Positions 39,338-49,390 of a stretch of DNA of 58,797 nucleotides are shown piece by piece. Positions within the stretch are counted from its first letter, which is position 1. Every line of letters begins with the position of its first letter. Source of the DNA: Alphaproteobacteria bacterium. GTDB lineage: Bacteria; Pseudomonadota; Alphaproteobacteria; UBA6615. The translations under genes were made by a program, and so were the position numbers. The DNA lies in the NCBI GenBank assembly GCA_965261975.1, contig CBDHEC010000034.1, positions 1 to 58,797 on the forward strand, read 5' to 3'. The notes below the pieces were generated by a model that worked only from the letters and a program-made list of their open reading frames with translations, was not told the DNA's origin and searched no databases.

Positions 39338-39382
39338 ACCTGCCTTAAAACGATCCAACTGTTGCAAAGACCAGCAGGGCAA

Positions 39383-40408
39383 TTGAGTGGGGACCCGACG
39401 CCATGGACTGCAGACCGCGACCAGATTCCGAAGAGTGAGCAGATCCTGGCCGATTTGCAGGATGTGTATCCGAGGCTCAGCCCGCAATTGCGCCAGGCCG
39501 CGCATTACCTGATCGACCGCCCCGACGAGATCGCCTTCACCTCCATGCGCCAGCTGGCCGAGCGCGCCGACGTGCAGCCGGCGACGATGGTTCGCCTGGC
39601 CCAGGCGCTGGGTTTCGACGGTTACGAGGCCATGCGCGAGCCGTTTCGCGATGCCCTGCGTCAACAGCCGGCGGGATTCGGCCAGCGCGCGCGCAATCTT
39701 CTGGCACGCACCGGCCGGCGCCGGAAAGGCCGGGCCCTGGCCCAGCTGGCCAACGAAATGGTGGCGGCGGACCGGGACAACCTCTCCCTCAGCCTCGAGG
39801 CCATCGGTTCGGATGAACTGGCGGAGGCGGCCAATGTGCTCGCCACGGCGCGCCGGATATACGTCGTTGGTCAGCGAAGCCTGTTCCCCGCGGCATTCTA
39901 TGTGCACTACGCCTGCTCCATGTTCCGCGAGGACATGATCCTGATGGACGGCAATGGCGGCACCTTTGCCGATCGCCTGCGCGGCATCTCGTCGGAAGAC
40001 ACGATGCTGGTGTTCTCGTTCGAGCCCTATTCGCGTGGCGCGGTCGAGGCGGCCGAATTTGCGGCGGCCCGCGGCGCGACGATCGTTGCCGTGACCGACA
40101 GCCTCGTCTCGCCGCTGTCGTCCCTGACCCGGCACATGCTGCTGGTGGGAACCGATACCCCGGCGTTGTTCAAGTCGGTCGTCCCGGTGCTCAGCATCGC
40201 CCAGGTGCTGGTCGCGCAGATTCTGGCCCAGGGCGGCCAGTCGGCGCTCACGAGCGTGGCCGAAAGCGAGCATCAGCTCGAAACCTTCGGTGCCTACTGG
40301 ACGGAGGCCGACAGGGTCTTCGTGCCCGAGACGGATGACGACGATGCGCCGGGCGTTCGCGAGGACGCGGCGGCATTCGAACATGCGAAGGGTCGGCGCA
40401 GCTCCTGA
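39383..40408 (+). CDS. MurR/RpiR family transcriptional regulator
   Basis: [43 protein letters not shown]; SIS domain (IYVVG, FSFEPYS, AVTDS..SPL). Start uncertain. Confidence 0.9.
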   Translation: MSGDPTPWTADRDQIPKSEQILADLQDVYPRLSPQLRQAAHYLIDRPDEIAFTSMRQLAERADVQPATMVRLAQALGFDGYEAMREPFRDALRQQPAGFGQRARNLLARTGRRRKGRALAQLANEMVAADRDNLSLSLEAIGSDELAEAANVLATARRIYVVGQRSLFPAAFYVHYACSMFREDMILMDGNGGTFADRLRGISSEDTMLVFSFEPYSRGAVEAAEFAAARGATIVAVTDSLVSPLSSLTRHMLLVGTDTPALFKSVVPVLSIAQVLVAQILAQGGQSALTSVAESEHQLETFGAYWTEADRVFVPETDDDDAPGVREDAAAFEHAKGRRSS

Positions 40409-40409
40409 T

Positions 40410-41792
40410 ATGGGCAAGCCCGTCACATCGCCGCGCGTGTCCGACATGCGTCCAGCCCCGCATACAAGGGTACTGCACCGCAATTCGCACAGCGATTTGC
40501 CTGTCGCCGCGTCGGGCGACGGGCCCTATGTCATCGACACGAACGGCAAACGGTATCTCGATGCGTCGGGCGGTGCCGCGGTGTCGTGTCTGGGGCACAG
40601 CGACGCAGACGTGATCGCGGCGGTGCAGGCGCAGATCGGCGAGATGCCGTTCGCCCACAGCGCCTTCTTTACGAACAAACCCATGGAGCAGCTTGCGGAC
40701 CTGATGGTCGACGGCGCGCCGGCGGGGCTGGACCGGGTCTATTTCACGTCCGGCGGGTCCGAGGCCGTCGAGGCGGCGCTGAAGATGGCGCGGCAGTATT
40801 TCATCGAGATCGGCCAGCCGGAACGCTCGATCTTCATCGCACGACGCCAGTCCTATCATGGTAACACGCTGGGCGCGCTGTCGGTCGGCGGCAATGAATG
40901 GCGACGCGCGCCGTTCCGCGAGATCATGGCCGAAACCCGGCATGTCGATCCATGTTTTGCCTATCGCGGCCAGCGGGAAGGCGAGGTAGACGAGGACTAT
41001 GCGACGCGTCTCGCCGATGAACTCGAAATGGAGATCAAGGCTGCCGGGGCCGAGCGGGTAATCGCGTTCATCGCCGAGACCGTGGTCGGGGCGACCAGCG
41101 GCGGCGTGGAGCCGGTCGCAGGATATTTCAGGAAGATCCGCGAGGTCTGCGACCGGTACGGGGTGCTGCTGATCCTCGATGAAATCATGTGCGGTTTGGG
41201 ACGCACGGGCTCGCTCTATGCGTTCGAGCAGGACGGCATCGTTCCCGACATGGTGACCGTGGCGAAGGGGCTGGCAGCGGGGTATCAGCCCATCGGGGCG
41301 GTGCTGCTGTCGGAGGAGATCTTCGATGCCTTCTATGACGGGTCGGGTTTCTTCCAGCACGGCCACACCTTCATGGGTCATGCGACGGCCTGTGCCGCCG
41401 CACTGGTGGTGCAGGAGAAGCTGCAGGACCCGGAGATGATGCCCCATGTCCGCGCCCTGGGAGACATGCTCGACACACGGCTGAACGACCGGTTCGGCAA
41501 CCATCCCCATGTGGGGGATATGCGCGGCCGGGTGATGTTCCGCGGGCTCGAGCTGGTGTCGGATCGGGCCACGAAGGCGCCGTTCGATCCGGCGTTGAAA
41601 CTACACGCACGGGTCAAGGCCGAGGCGATGACCCGCGGCCTGATGTGTTATCCGGCGGGGGGGACGATCGACGGCACCCTTGGCGACCATATTCTCCTCG
41701 CACCACCATTTGTGGTCGGTGAGAGCGAGATCGACCTTATCGTTGAACGTTTGGGGGAGGCGATCGATGCCGCTATTGCAGGCGCTGCGTGA
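40410..41792 (+). CDS. PLP-dependent aminotransferase class III
   Basis: [45 protein letters not shown]. Confidence 0.92.
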   Translation: MGKPVTSPRVSDMRPAPHTRVLHRNSHSDLPVAASGDGPYVIDTNGKRYLDASGGAAVSCLGHSDADVIAAVQAQIGEMPFAHSAFFTNKPMEQLADLMVDGAPAGLDRVYFTSGGSEAVEAALKMARQYFIEIGQPERSIFIARRQSYHGNTLGALSVGGNEWRRAPFREIMAETRHVDPCFAYRGQREGEVDEDYATRLADELEMEIKAAGAERVIAFIAETVVGATSGGVEPVAGYFRKIREVCDRYGVLLILDEIMCGLGRTGSLYAFEQDGIVPDMVTVAKGLAAGYQPIGAVLLSEEIFDAFYDGSGFFQHGHTFMGHATACAAALVVQEKLQDPEMMPHVRALGDMLDTRLNDRFGNHPHVGDMRGRVMFRGLELVSDRATKAPFDPALKLHARVKAEAMTRGLMCYPAGGTIDGTLGDHILLAPPFVVGESEIDLIVERLGEAIDAAIAGAA

Positions 41793-41966
41793 TGAAGCCG
41801 GCGTTTGTGTCATCCAAAAGTATGAAATTGCACGATTCTTTATTCTGGAATTGTGATGGCTGAGCATGTGACGCTAGTGTCACGGCAAGCAAAATGGGGC
41901 TGACCGCGTAAAAAAAAGGCCAGCCCGGTAAAACCAAGACAAGACAACAGGAAGAGGAGAGACCTT

Positions 41967-42935
41967 GTGATCAATTATCGTAAAACCCTTTTCTCGGCAG
42001 CCGTGGTCGCCTTCGGCGGCATGTCGCTTCACGCGACCGAAGCCAGCGCCCAGCAGCGCGATATCCTGATCGGCGGCGGTTCCGTCACCGGTGTTTACTA
42101 TCAGGTGGCCTTGCAGACCTGTCAGATCATGAACAAGCATTCCGGCGGCAAGTACAACTGCGTTGGTCGCCCGGCGCTCGGTTCGGTCTTCAACGTCAAT
42201 GCCGTGAACCGTGGTCTCCTCGACTTCGGTGTGGCCCAGTCCGATCGTAACTGGCAGGCCACCAACGGTAAGGCCGACTGGGACGGCAAGCCCGTCGGCA
42301 AGCTGCGCAGCGTGTTCTCGGCCCATCCGGAAGCCGTGCTTCTGGTGACCCGTGCCGACACCGGCGTGAAGTCGGTCGGCGACCTCAAGGGCAAGACCGT
42401 GAACATCGGCAACCCGGGTTCGGGCCAGCGGGGCAACTCGATGGACCTGCTGCCGCTCTACGGCATCGACCCGGACAAGGACATCAAGGCCGAGGGCCTG
42501 CAGCAGGGCGAGGCTTCCCGCGCCCTGGTCGATAAGAAGATCGACGCCTTCGTCTACACGGTCGGCATGCCGTCCGCGGCGATCGAAGAGCCCGCCAACT
42601 CGACGGATATCAACATCCTCGATATCAACTCGGACGCGGTGAAGAAGTTCATCTCCGACAAGCCCTACTACGTGCTCGCCAAGTATCCGGCCGGCATCGT
42701 GAAGGGTGTGGACGAGTTCGAGACCTACGCCGTGAAGGCGACGGTTATCACGAGCGCCGACGTCGAAGACCAGGTCGTCTACGACTATGTGAAGACGGTG
42801 TTCGAGAATCTCGAAGAGCTGAAAGGCACCCACGCCGCATTCCAGATTCTGAAGCCGGAAGACATGCTCGGTGGCCTGTCGGCCCCGCTGCATCCGGGTG
42901 CGGAGAAGTACTACAAGGAAAAGGGCCTGATGTAA
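41967..42935 (+). CDS. TAXI family TRAP transporter solute-binding protein
   Basis: Signal peptide, GGGSVTGVYY, GSVFNV, AQSD, GNPGSGQR, PLHPGAEKYYKE; GAGGAG RBS. Confidence 0.92.
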   Translation: MINYRKTLFSAAVVAFGGMSLHATEASAQQRDILIGGGSVTGVYYQVALQTCQIMNKHSGGKYNCVGRPALGSVFNVNAVNRGLLDFGVAQSDRNWQATNGKADWDGKPVGKLRSVFSAHPEAVLLVTRADTGVKSVGDLKGKTVNIGNPGSGQRGNSMDLLPLYGIDPDKDIKAEGLQQGEASRALVDKKIDAFVYTVGMPSAAIEEPANSTDINILDINSDAVKKFISDKPYYVLAKYPAGIVKGVDEFETYAVKATVITSADVEDQVVYDYVKTVFENLEELKGTHAAFQILKPEDMLGGLSAPLHPGAEKYYKEKGLM

Positions 42936-42945
42936 GTCGGTCCTG

Positions 42946-42984
42946 TAACGGGCGGCACCGAGCGGTGCCGCCCGTTATTTCTTT
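42946..42984 (+). terminator. Stem-loop after TAXI SBP (attenuating terminator or mRNA stabiliser)
   Basis: TAACGGGCGGCACCG-AG-CGGTGCCGCCCGTTA followed by TTTCTTT. Confidence 0.75.
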
Positions 42985-43017
42985 GACAAAGAAGTTCACG
43001 TTTCTGGGGGGAATGGG

Positions 43018-45216
43018 ATGACCACCCAAGACAACGCCGCCGAAGAGGTCGTTGAGACCGAAGAGCGGGATTTCATCGCCGAGGTCGAGAGTGGCCCGCG
43101 CAGCCCGACGAGCAAGATCGCCGTCGGCGTCATCACCCTGCTTTGTGTGGCCTGGTCGCTGTTCCAGCTCTGGATCGCCGAGAACCCCATCAATTCGCAG
43201 CTCGCCCGATCCTGGCATCTGGGTTTCGCGCTGGCGCTCGTGTACCTCGCATTCCCAGCCTATGACTATCGCAATCCGCCGCTCTGGGCGCGGACATTGC
43301 ATCGCATCCTGCCGTTCCTGCGGGGCAAGCGATCGAACCGGGAATATATCCCTGTCTTCGACATCATTCTGGCGATCATCGCCGCAGGGTCGTCGCTCTT
43401 CATCGTGTTCTTTCAGAAGGAAATCCAGGCAATGGGTGGGCTGGGCGGCCCGCGTGAAGTCTGGATGGGTGCCATCCTGATCGTCATGCTGCTGGAAGCG
43501 GCGCGGCGTGCACTGGGCGTGGCGCTGAGCACGATCTGTATCATTTTCATTATTTACGCGTTCGTCGGCAGCGAGCCGTGGATTCCCGATCTGCTGCGCT
43601 ATCGCGGCACGACCTTCGAGTTCTTCATCTCCGAAATGTATCTCACGGACACCAGCATCTTCGGTGTGCCGTTGGGCGTATCCACCAGCTTCGTGTTCCT
43701 CTTCGTCCTGTTCGGCGCGCTGCTGGACCGGGCGGGTGCGGGTAAATACTTCATCGATGTGGCCTTCTCGGGCCTCGGCCACAAGATCGGCGGACCGGCA
43801 AAGGCTGCCGTTGTCGCCTCGGGCCTGTCGGGCCTGGTCTCGGGTTCGTCCATCGCCAACGTTGTCACCACGGGTACCTTCACCATCCCGCTGATGAAGA
43901 AGGTCGGATTGCCCGCCTACAAGGCGGGTGCGGTCGAGGTGGCCGCGTCCACCAATGGTCAGTTGATGCCGCCGATCATGGGTGCTGCCGCATTCATCAT
44001 GGCCGACATCATCGGCATCCCGTATCTGGATGTGGTCCGCGCGGCATTGTTCCCTGCGATCATCTCCTACCTCGCGCTGTTCTATGTGGTGCATCTGGAG
44101 GCGCTGAAGCTCAACCTGCGGCCGCTGTCGAAGAGCGAACTGCCGCCGATGCTCAAGACCTTCGTCAACGGCAGCCACTATCTGATCCCGCTCGGGGTGC
44201 TGATCTGGTTCCTGGTGATTGAAAAACGCTCGCCGATTTTCTCGGCCCTCACCGCGATTGAAGCGCTGGCGGTGCTGATGGTCATCCAGCGTCCGATCAT
44301 CGCCTACCTGGCGCTCGGCGCGCACAAGAAGGCCGGTAGCCTGGATCCCGACACCAAGATCGGCGGGATCATCGGTGCCGCGTTCCTGGACGGCCTGAAG
44401 GATATCTGGGAAGGCCTCATCAATGGCGCACGCTCCATGATGAGCGTCGGTGTCGCCACGGCTGCGGCCGGTATCATCGTCGGTGTGGTCAGCACGACCG
44501 GTCTGACAGGACGTTTCGTGAACCTGATCTCCGCGGTTTCCGGCGGGAGCGTGATGGTCATGCTTGTCCTGACTGCGGTCACCAGCATGATCCTCGGCAT
44601 GGGATTGCCGACAACGGCGAACTACATCCTGATGGCGACTTTGACCGCGCCGGTCATTGTTGAACTCGGCGGCGATGCCGGGTTGATCTTCCCGCTCATC
44701 GCGGCCCATCTGTTCGTCTTCTACTTCGGCATCCTGGCGGACGATACGCCGCCGGTGGGCCTCGCGGCCTATGCCGGTGCGGCCATCGCCAAGTCCGACC
44801 CGATCAAGACCGGTATCCAGGGCTTCACCTATGATATGCGGACGGCGATCCTGCCCTTCGTATTCATCTTCAACACCGAGTTGCTGATGATCCAGGGCGT
44901 GGGACCGGAAGGCGAGATCATCTGGATCGATTCGATCATCAACCTCGTCTGGGTGTTCGGGATATCGTTGATCGCGATGTTCGCCTTCGCGGCGTTCATG
45001 CAAGGTTACTTCGCCGATAACTGCAACTGGCCGGAGCGAATATTCCTGCTGTTGCTCGCCATCGCGATGTTCAGACCCGCGCTGGTGACGGACCAGATCG
45101 GGCTGCAGCGCGAGATCGTCCAGGCCATTGCATTGGCGCTGTGGATCGCGATGTATCTCTATCAGAAACGCCGCAAGGCGGGCCGCGGCGACGGTGCCGC
45201 GCCTGCTGCGGCATAG
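43018..45216 (+). CDS. TRAP transporter fused 4TM/12TM permease
   Basis: GGPAKAAV, SGSSIANVVTTGTFTIP, MPPIMGAAAF, LGMGLPT, DDTPPVGLAAY. Confidence 0.93.
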   Translation: MTTQDNAAEEVVETEERDFIAEVESGPRSPTSKIAVGVITLLCVAWSLFQLWIAENPINSQLARSWHLGFALALVYLAFPAYDYRNPPLWARTLHRILPFLRGKRSNREYIPVFDIILAIIAAGSSLFIVFFQKEIQAMGGLGGPREVWMGAILIVMLLEAARRALGVALSTICIIFIIYAFVGSEPWIPDLLRYRGTTFEFFISEMYLTDTSIFGVPLGVSTSFVFLFVLFGALLDRAGAGKYFIDVAFSGLGHKIGGPAKAAVVASGLSGLVSGSSIANVVTTGTFTIPLMKKVGLPAYKAGAVEVAASTNGQLMPPIMGAAAFIMADIIGIPYLDVVRAALFPAIISYLALFYVVHLEALKLNLRPLSKSELPPMLKTFVNGSHYLIPLGVLIWFLVIEKRSPIFSALTAIEALAVLMVIQRPIIAYLALGAHKKAGSLDPDTKIGGIIGAAFLDGLKDIWEGLINGARSMMSVGVATAAAGIIVGVVSTTGLTGRFVNLISAVSGGSVMVMLVLTAVTSMILGMGLPTTANYILMATLTAPVIVELGGDAGLIFPLIAAHLFVFYFGILADDTPPVGLAAYAGAAIAKSDPIKTGIQGFTYDMRTAILPFVFIFNTELLMIQGVGPEGEIIWIDSIINLVWVFGISLIAMFAFAAFMQGYFADNCNWPERIFLLLLAIAMFRPALVTDQIGLQREIVQAIALALWIAMYLYQKRRKAGRGDGAAPAAA

Positions 45217-45228
45217 GGGAGGTCAGGC

Positions 45229-45654
45229 ATGTCCAAGCATATCCTTCTGCCGGTCGATCTTGAGGACGAAGCCTCGTCGGCGCAGGCGCTCGATGCCGCG
45301 GTAGCACAGGCGCAGGCGTCGGGGGGAACCCTGCACGTGATGACCGTGGTGCCGGACTTCGGCATGAGCGTCGTCGGCTCCTTCTTTCCCGACGATTTCG
45401 CGGAGAAGGCGCTGGCGGAGACCGCGAAGCGGCTCGACGCCTATGCCGGCGCGAATGTGCCCGACGGGGTCCCGGTGCAGCAAACCGTCGCCCATGGCCG
45501 GATTTACGACGAGATCATCAAGGCGGCCGACAGCAACGGCGCCGACCTGATCGTCCTGTCCGCCCATCGCCCCGATGTCGGCGATTATCTCCTCGGCTCC
45601 AACGCCGCGCGGGTGGCGCGCCATGCGAAGCAGTCGGTGCTGATTATCCGCTGA
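45229..45654 (+). CDS. Universal stress protein
   Basis: ILLPVD, ADLIVL, LLGSNAARVARHAKQSVL. Confidence 0.92.
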   Translation: MSKHILLPVDLEDEASSAQALDAAVAQAQASGGTLHVMTVVPDFGMSVVGSFFPDDFAEKALAETAKRLDAYAGANVPDGVPVQQTVAHGRIYDEIIKAADSNGADLIVLSAHRPDVGDYLLGSNAARVARHAKQSVLIIR

Positions 45655-45661
45655 CCCGGCG

Positions 45662-47278
45662 ATGCCGGAAGACAGCTCCTTCGACTATGTGATCGTCGGC
45701 GCGGGCAGCGCCGGTTGCGTGCTGGCCAACCGGCTGACCGAGAGCGGCGCGCACAAGGTGTTGCTGCTCGAGGCGGGCGGGCGTGACCGCAATCCCTGGC
45801 TCCACATTCCGCTGGGTTACGGCAAGGTCTTCGACGACCCCAAGGTGAACTGGTACTACGCGACGGAGCCCGACCCGACCTGCAACGGGCGGCGGATCGT
45901 CCAGCCGCGCGGCAAGGTGCTGGGCGGCTCCAGCTCGATCAACGGGATGGTCTATATCCGCGGCAACGCCGCCGACTATGACCATTGGCGCCAGCTCGGC
46001 AACACGGGCTGGAGCTATGACGATGTGCTGCCCTATTTCCGTAAACTGGAAGACAACGCCCGTGGCGAGGATGAATATCACGGTACTGGCGGCCCCCAGG
46101 CCGTGTCCGAGCAGCGGGACTTCCACCCGCTCGGCCGCGCCCATCTGGCGGCGGCCGTCGAGGCGGGCTACCCCCTGAACCCCGACTTCAACGGCGCGAC
46201 CCAGGAGGGTTTCGGGCGCTACCAGGTGACCCAGCGGACCGGCCGGCGCTGGTCGACCGCGCGGGGGTATCTGCGCCCGGCGCGCAAGCGCGCGAACCTG
46301 ACGGTTGAGACCGGCGCCTTCGCCAACCGGGTGGTCTTCGACGGGCGCCGCGCTGTCGGGGTCGAGTACCAGGTCGGTGATGAGATCCGAACTGTGCGCC
46401 CGAGGCGCGAGGTCATCCTGGCGCTCGGCGCCTTCAACTCACCGCAGTTGCTGCAGCTCTCGGGAGTCGGCCCCGCGGCGTTGCTGCGCGAACACGGCAT
46501 CGACATGGTGGCGGACATACCCGGGGTGGGCGCGGACATGCAGGATCATTACCTGGTCCGCACGGTCTACCGCTGCAAGCAGCCGGTGACCCTGAACGAC
46601 GTGATGCAGAGCCGGGTAAAACAGGCCGGAACCCTGCTGCGTTATGCCCTGTTCCGCCGGGGCATGATGGCGATGGCCGCCGTGCCGACAGGCGGGTTCT
46701 TCCGCAGCGATCCGAGCCTCGCCACGCCGGACCTGCAGCATCACATCGTGCTGTATTCGAATGGCGGGGCCACGGGCAAACACGGCTCGACCCTGCATGA
46801 ATTCTCCGGCCTGTCGGCGACGGTTATCATGCTGCGGCCGGAAAGCCGCGGGGCGGTGGAGATCGGGTCCGCCGATCCGCGCGCGACCCCGTTGATCAAG
46901 AGCCGTTATCTCGAGGCCGAGCATGACCGGCTGGCGCTGATGCGCGGGGTGCGCGCGGTGCAAAAGATCATGCGCCAGCCGGCGCTGGAGCCGTTTGTCG
47001 GCGACGCGGTGGAGCCGGGCGAGGACGTGGTCAGCGATGACGACATGATCGAGTATCTGCGCAATTTCGGGAACACGGGCTTCCACCCGACCAGCACCTG
47101 TCGCATGGGTGTGGACGACAAGGCCGTGGTCGACCCGCGGCTGCGCGTCCATGGGCTCGAGGGGTTGCGGGTGGTGGATGCGTCGGTGATGCCGGCAGTC
47201 ACGTCGGGCAACACGAATGCGCCGACGATCATGATCGCGGAGAAGGCGTCGGACATGATCCTGGCGGATGCGCGGTAG
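45662..47278 (+). CDS. GMC family oxidoreductase (choline dehydrogenase-like)
   Basis: GAGSAG, RGKVLGGSSSING, PQLLQLSGVG, FHPTSTCRMG, GNTNAPTIMIAEK. Confidence 0.93.
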   Translation: MPEDSSFDYVIVGAGSAGCVLANRLTESGAHKVLLLEAGGRDRNPWLHIPLGYGKVFDDPKVNWYYATEPDPTCNGRRIVQPRGKVLGGSSSINGMVYIRGNAADYDHWRQLGNTGWSYDDVLPYFRKLEDNARGEDEYHGTGGPQAVSEQRDFHPLGRAHLAAAVEAGYPLNPDFNGATQEGFGRYQVTQRTGRRWSTARGYLRPARKRANLTVETGAFANRVVFDGRRAVGVEYQVGDEIRTVRPRREVILALGAFNSPQLLQLSGVGPAALLREHGIDMVADIPGVGADMQDHYLVRTVYRCKQPVTLNDVMQSRVKQAGTLLRYALFRRGMMAMAAVPTGGFFRSDPSLATPDLQHHIVLYSNGGATGKHGSTLHEFSGLSATVIMLRPESRGAVEIGSADPRATPLIKSRYLEAEHDRLALMRGVRAVQKIMRQPALEPFVGDAVEPGEDVVSDDDMIEYLRNFGNTGFHPTSTCRMGVDDKAVVDPRLRVHGLEGLRVVDASVMPAVTSGNTNAPTIMIAEKASDMILADAR

Positions 47279-47291
47279 GGCGCGAGGGTGT

Positions 47292-47320
47292 TTGCAAAGC
47301 CGCGCCGGGCGTTGTAAGAA
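47292..47320 (+). promoter_or_regulatory. Putative sigma70 promoter of tRNA-Pro
   Basis: TTGCAA-17 bp-TAAGAA ending 9 nt before the tRNA. Confidence 0.45.
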
Positions 47321-47329
47321 ACCCGCCGT

Positions 47330-47406
47330 CGGGAAGTAGCTCAGCCTGGTAGAGCACTACGTTCGGGACGTAGGGGCCGGAGGTTCGAATCCTCTCTTCC
47401 CGACCA
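47330..47406 (+). tRNA. tRNA-Pro (CGG)
   Basis: 77 nt; acceptor CGGGAAG/CTTCCCG + ACCA, D arm GCTC/GAGC, anticodon arm CTACG-TTCGGGA-CGTAG, T loop GTTCGAATC. Confidence 0.97.
47361..47406 (+). repeat. att core (tRNA-side copy)
   Basis: GTTCGGGACGTAGGGGCCGGAGGTTCGAATCCTCTCTTCCCGACCA, identical to 52792-52837. Confidence 0.95.
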
Positions 47407-47551
47407 TTTCTTCTGAAAACCTGATGTGTAGAACGGTCTATTCGCGCCATTCCGGTGCGGCGACCGGCGTCCAGTTACGCGCGAGCCCGAGATCGTCCAC
47501 GATTGCATTCGCCGCGATGTAGTCCGATAGGTTTTTCTGACAACTACCCTG

Positions 47552-47646
47552 CTTGTTCCACTTCCTCGGTTAATAACGACCGTTGGATTCTATGCCACCC
47601 GGAATTCAATGTGAATGCATCCGGCGTGGAACAAGATTGGAACAAG
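47552..47646. repeat. Putative integrase arm-type sites, left arm
   Basis: CTTGTTCCAC (47552-47561, inverted), GTGGAACAAG (47626-47635), TTGGAACAAG (47637-47646). Confidence 0.7.
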
Positions 47647-47795
47647 GTTGTCGTCCTCGGTGGATGAAGACCATTACTGCCCAGCAGGACCGACAAATCC
47701 GAGAGGCGGGGGCGGAAACTAGAACTCGGCTGTAAAACCCAAATCACTGCCCTCGAGCAACGACCCTCTGAGTAACGAGGATTGTCGTTTGGCAA

Positions 47796-49271
47796 TCAAT
47801 CCGAATCCGTACCGGTAAGCCCTCCTAGAGCTTCTAGGAACCTTTGGTGTCTTTTCCTGTATCCATCTGTTGCAATTTCTTCTTCCCCTTCTTCCTTACG
47901 ATCAATGACAACCTGCTTGGCTCCTGTGACCTGCTGGTAGGCACTCACCATGGTTTGTCGGAGTAGGTCTTCGTGCTGTCTGGCCACGATGTAGCTGTCA
48001 TGGATGGTCAAAACAGGAATATTCATTTGGGTGAACTGGTCGATGATGATGTCGGTGATACGTCCATCGGTGTTCATCAGCCGATTGCCAACCCCAGTAC
48101 CTAGCTGGTCACCGACGATGGGATGTCGTTGTGGTATGGCCTCAAGTAGACGGTCGAGTAGGTTGTCAGTCAGACGGATGTCCCCGGTTCGACCACCAAG
48201 CGACTTCCGGACCGCCTTGAAGCCGGATGCCCTGTCCTTGGCGTTCAACATGATCAGAAGAAAAACCTTGATGATGTCGGGGCCAATGAGTTCCCCGGTG
48301 TCACTATCGAAGACCTCGATGGTCTCGTAAGGCCTTCGATCGGAACCCGCCCAGTAATCGACACCCGCCTCGGCATAGAGAAGAACGGGATGAAGACCGG
48401 CATAGTCCAGCTCGACGGTTGGTTCATCGTTGATGTGTAGGCGTTGTCGTTCCTCCGACTTGAGGCTCATCCAGAAGCCGCGCCAGAAGCGGCCTCCCTG
48501 ATCCCAGTCGCTATTTGAGAAGATACGGGAGACACGCTTAGACGATTGAGAGACCGTGACCCTTCGATAGGTTTGCCGACCGCGCGGCCTGACCTTGTTG
48601 GGCGTCACGATCACTGCCGGGTGACCAAGCCCCGGTATATCGATGAAGGTGCGGTCCAGCAGCAGATTGTAGTCAATGAGCCGTTGGCGCATCACCCGGG
48701 TCTCATCGGTGTCGATGTAGTTGATGTCGTTCTTGTTGGCATCACGCAGGATGATGAACTCGGCATTCTGGTGCAGCGTGATCGACTGCCGTGCCGAGAG
48801 GGGCAGGGCTTCAAACATCGCCACCAGATCAAGGTCAGGTCTGATCCGCGTCAGGAGGAGTTCATGAGTATCGGGGTGGGGGCCGCCACGACGATCGTCG
48901 ATCAGCCCGGCGTCGGATAGTCCATTAATATAGGTGATAATCAGTCCGGTTATCTCTGCTGGATTGTACCGATTGGACCGACCGTCGATCTTGGCCCGAT
49001 AGGCCTTGGGCCGGTTCGACATCGGCAGAGCAACGAATGCCTCTGGGTCGTCCCACCAGCACCGGTAAAGGTTGGCAATCAGCAACGACAGTTGTCGTTT
49101 GCCCACACCACTTTTGCGACTGTCGAAATATTCCCCCCAGAGCTGATCGACCAATTCGATGAAAACCGGATCTTCGGCAACGACCTGCAAGTCCAGACGA
49201 CAAAACGGGGCGTCGTCAAAGGACTGGATCTCTTCGCCTCTATCAGCAAATCGTGGGCGGCGTGTTGGCAT
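47796..49271 (-). CDS. Divergent PolA / T7-RNAP superfamily polymerase-like protein
   Basis: DWDQGGRFW, VELDYAGLHP (motif A-like), IKVFLLIMLNA (motif B-like), NRLMNTDGRI...LTIHDSY (motif C-like); GAGAGG RBS. ORF is solid; function inferred. Confidence 0.65.
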   Translation of the reverse strand: MPTRRPRFADRGEEIQSFDDAPFCRLDLQVVAEDPVFIELVDQLWGEYFDSRKSGVGKRQLSLLIANLYRCWWDDPEAFVALPMSNRPKAYRAKIDGRSNRYNPAEITGLIITYINGLSDAGLIDDRRGGPHPDTHELLLTRIRPDLDLVAMFEALPLSARQSITLHQNAEFIILRDANKNDINYIDTDETRVMRQRLIDYNLLLDRTFIDIPGLGHPAVIVTPNKVRPRGRQTYRRVTVSQSSKRVSRIFSNSDWDQGGRFWRGFWMSLKSEERQRLHINDEPTVELDYAGLHPVLLYAEAGVDYWAGSDRRPYETIEVFDSDTGELIGPDIIKVFLLIMLNAKDRASGFKAVRKSLGGRTGDIRLTDNLLDRLLEAIPQRHPIVGDQLGTGVGNRLMNTDGRITDIIIDQFTQMNIPVLTIHDSYIVARQHEDLLRQTMVSAYQQVTGAKQVVIDRKEEGEEEIATDGYRKRHQRFLEALGGLTGTDSD

Positions 49272-49390
49272 TAGAACCTCTCGACGAAGATTCTAACGGA
49301 CACTCAGAGATTAAGACGCAATCAGGCTTGTGGGTAACCCGCATAGCTCTGAGTTCCTGCATCTATCAATTCCGTGCTGGTCACGGTCCG

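Noticed and set aside
38687-40483. 598-aa apt ORF suggesting a fusion
   Set aside because: The upstream part is antisense to the RpiR gene; apt proper starts at 39202.
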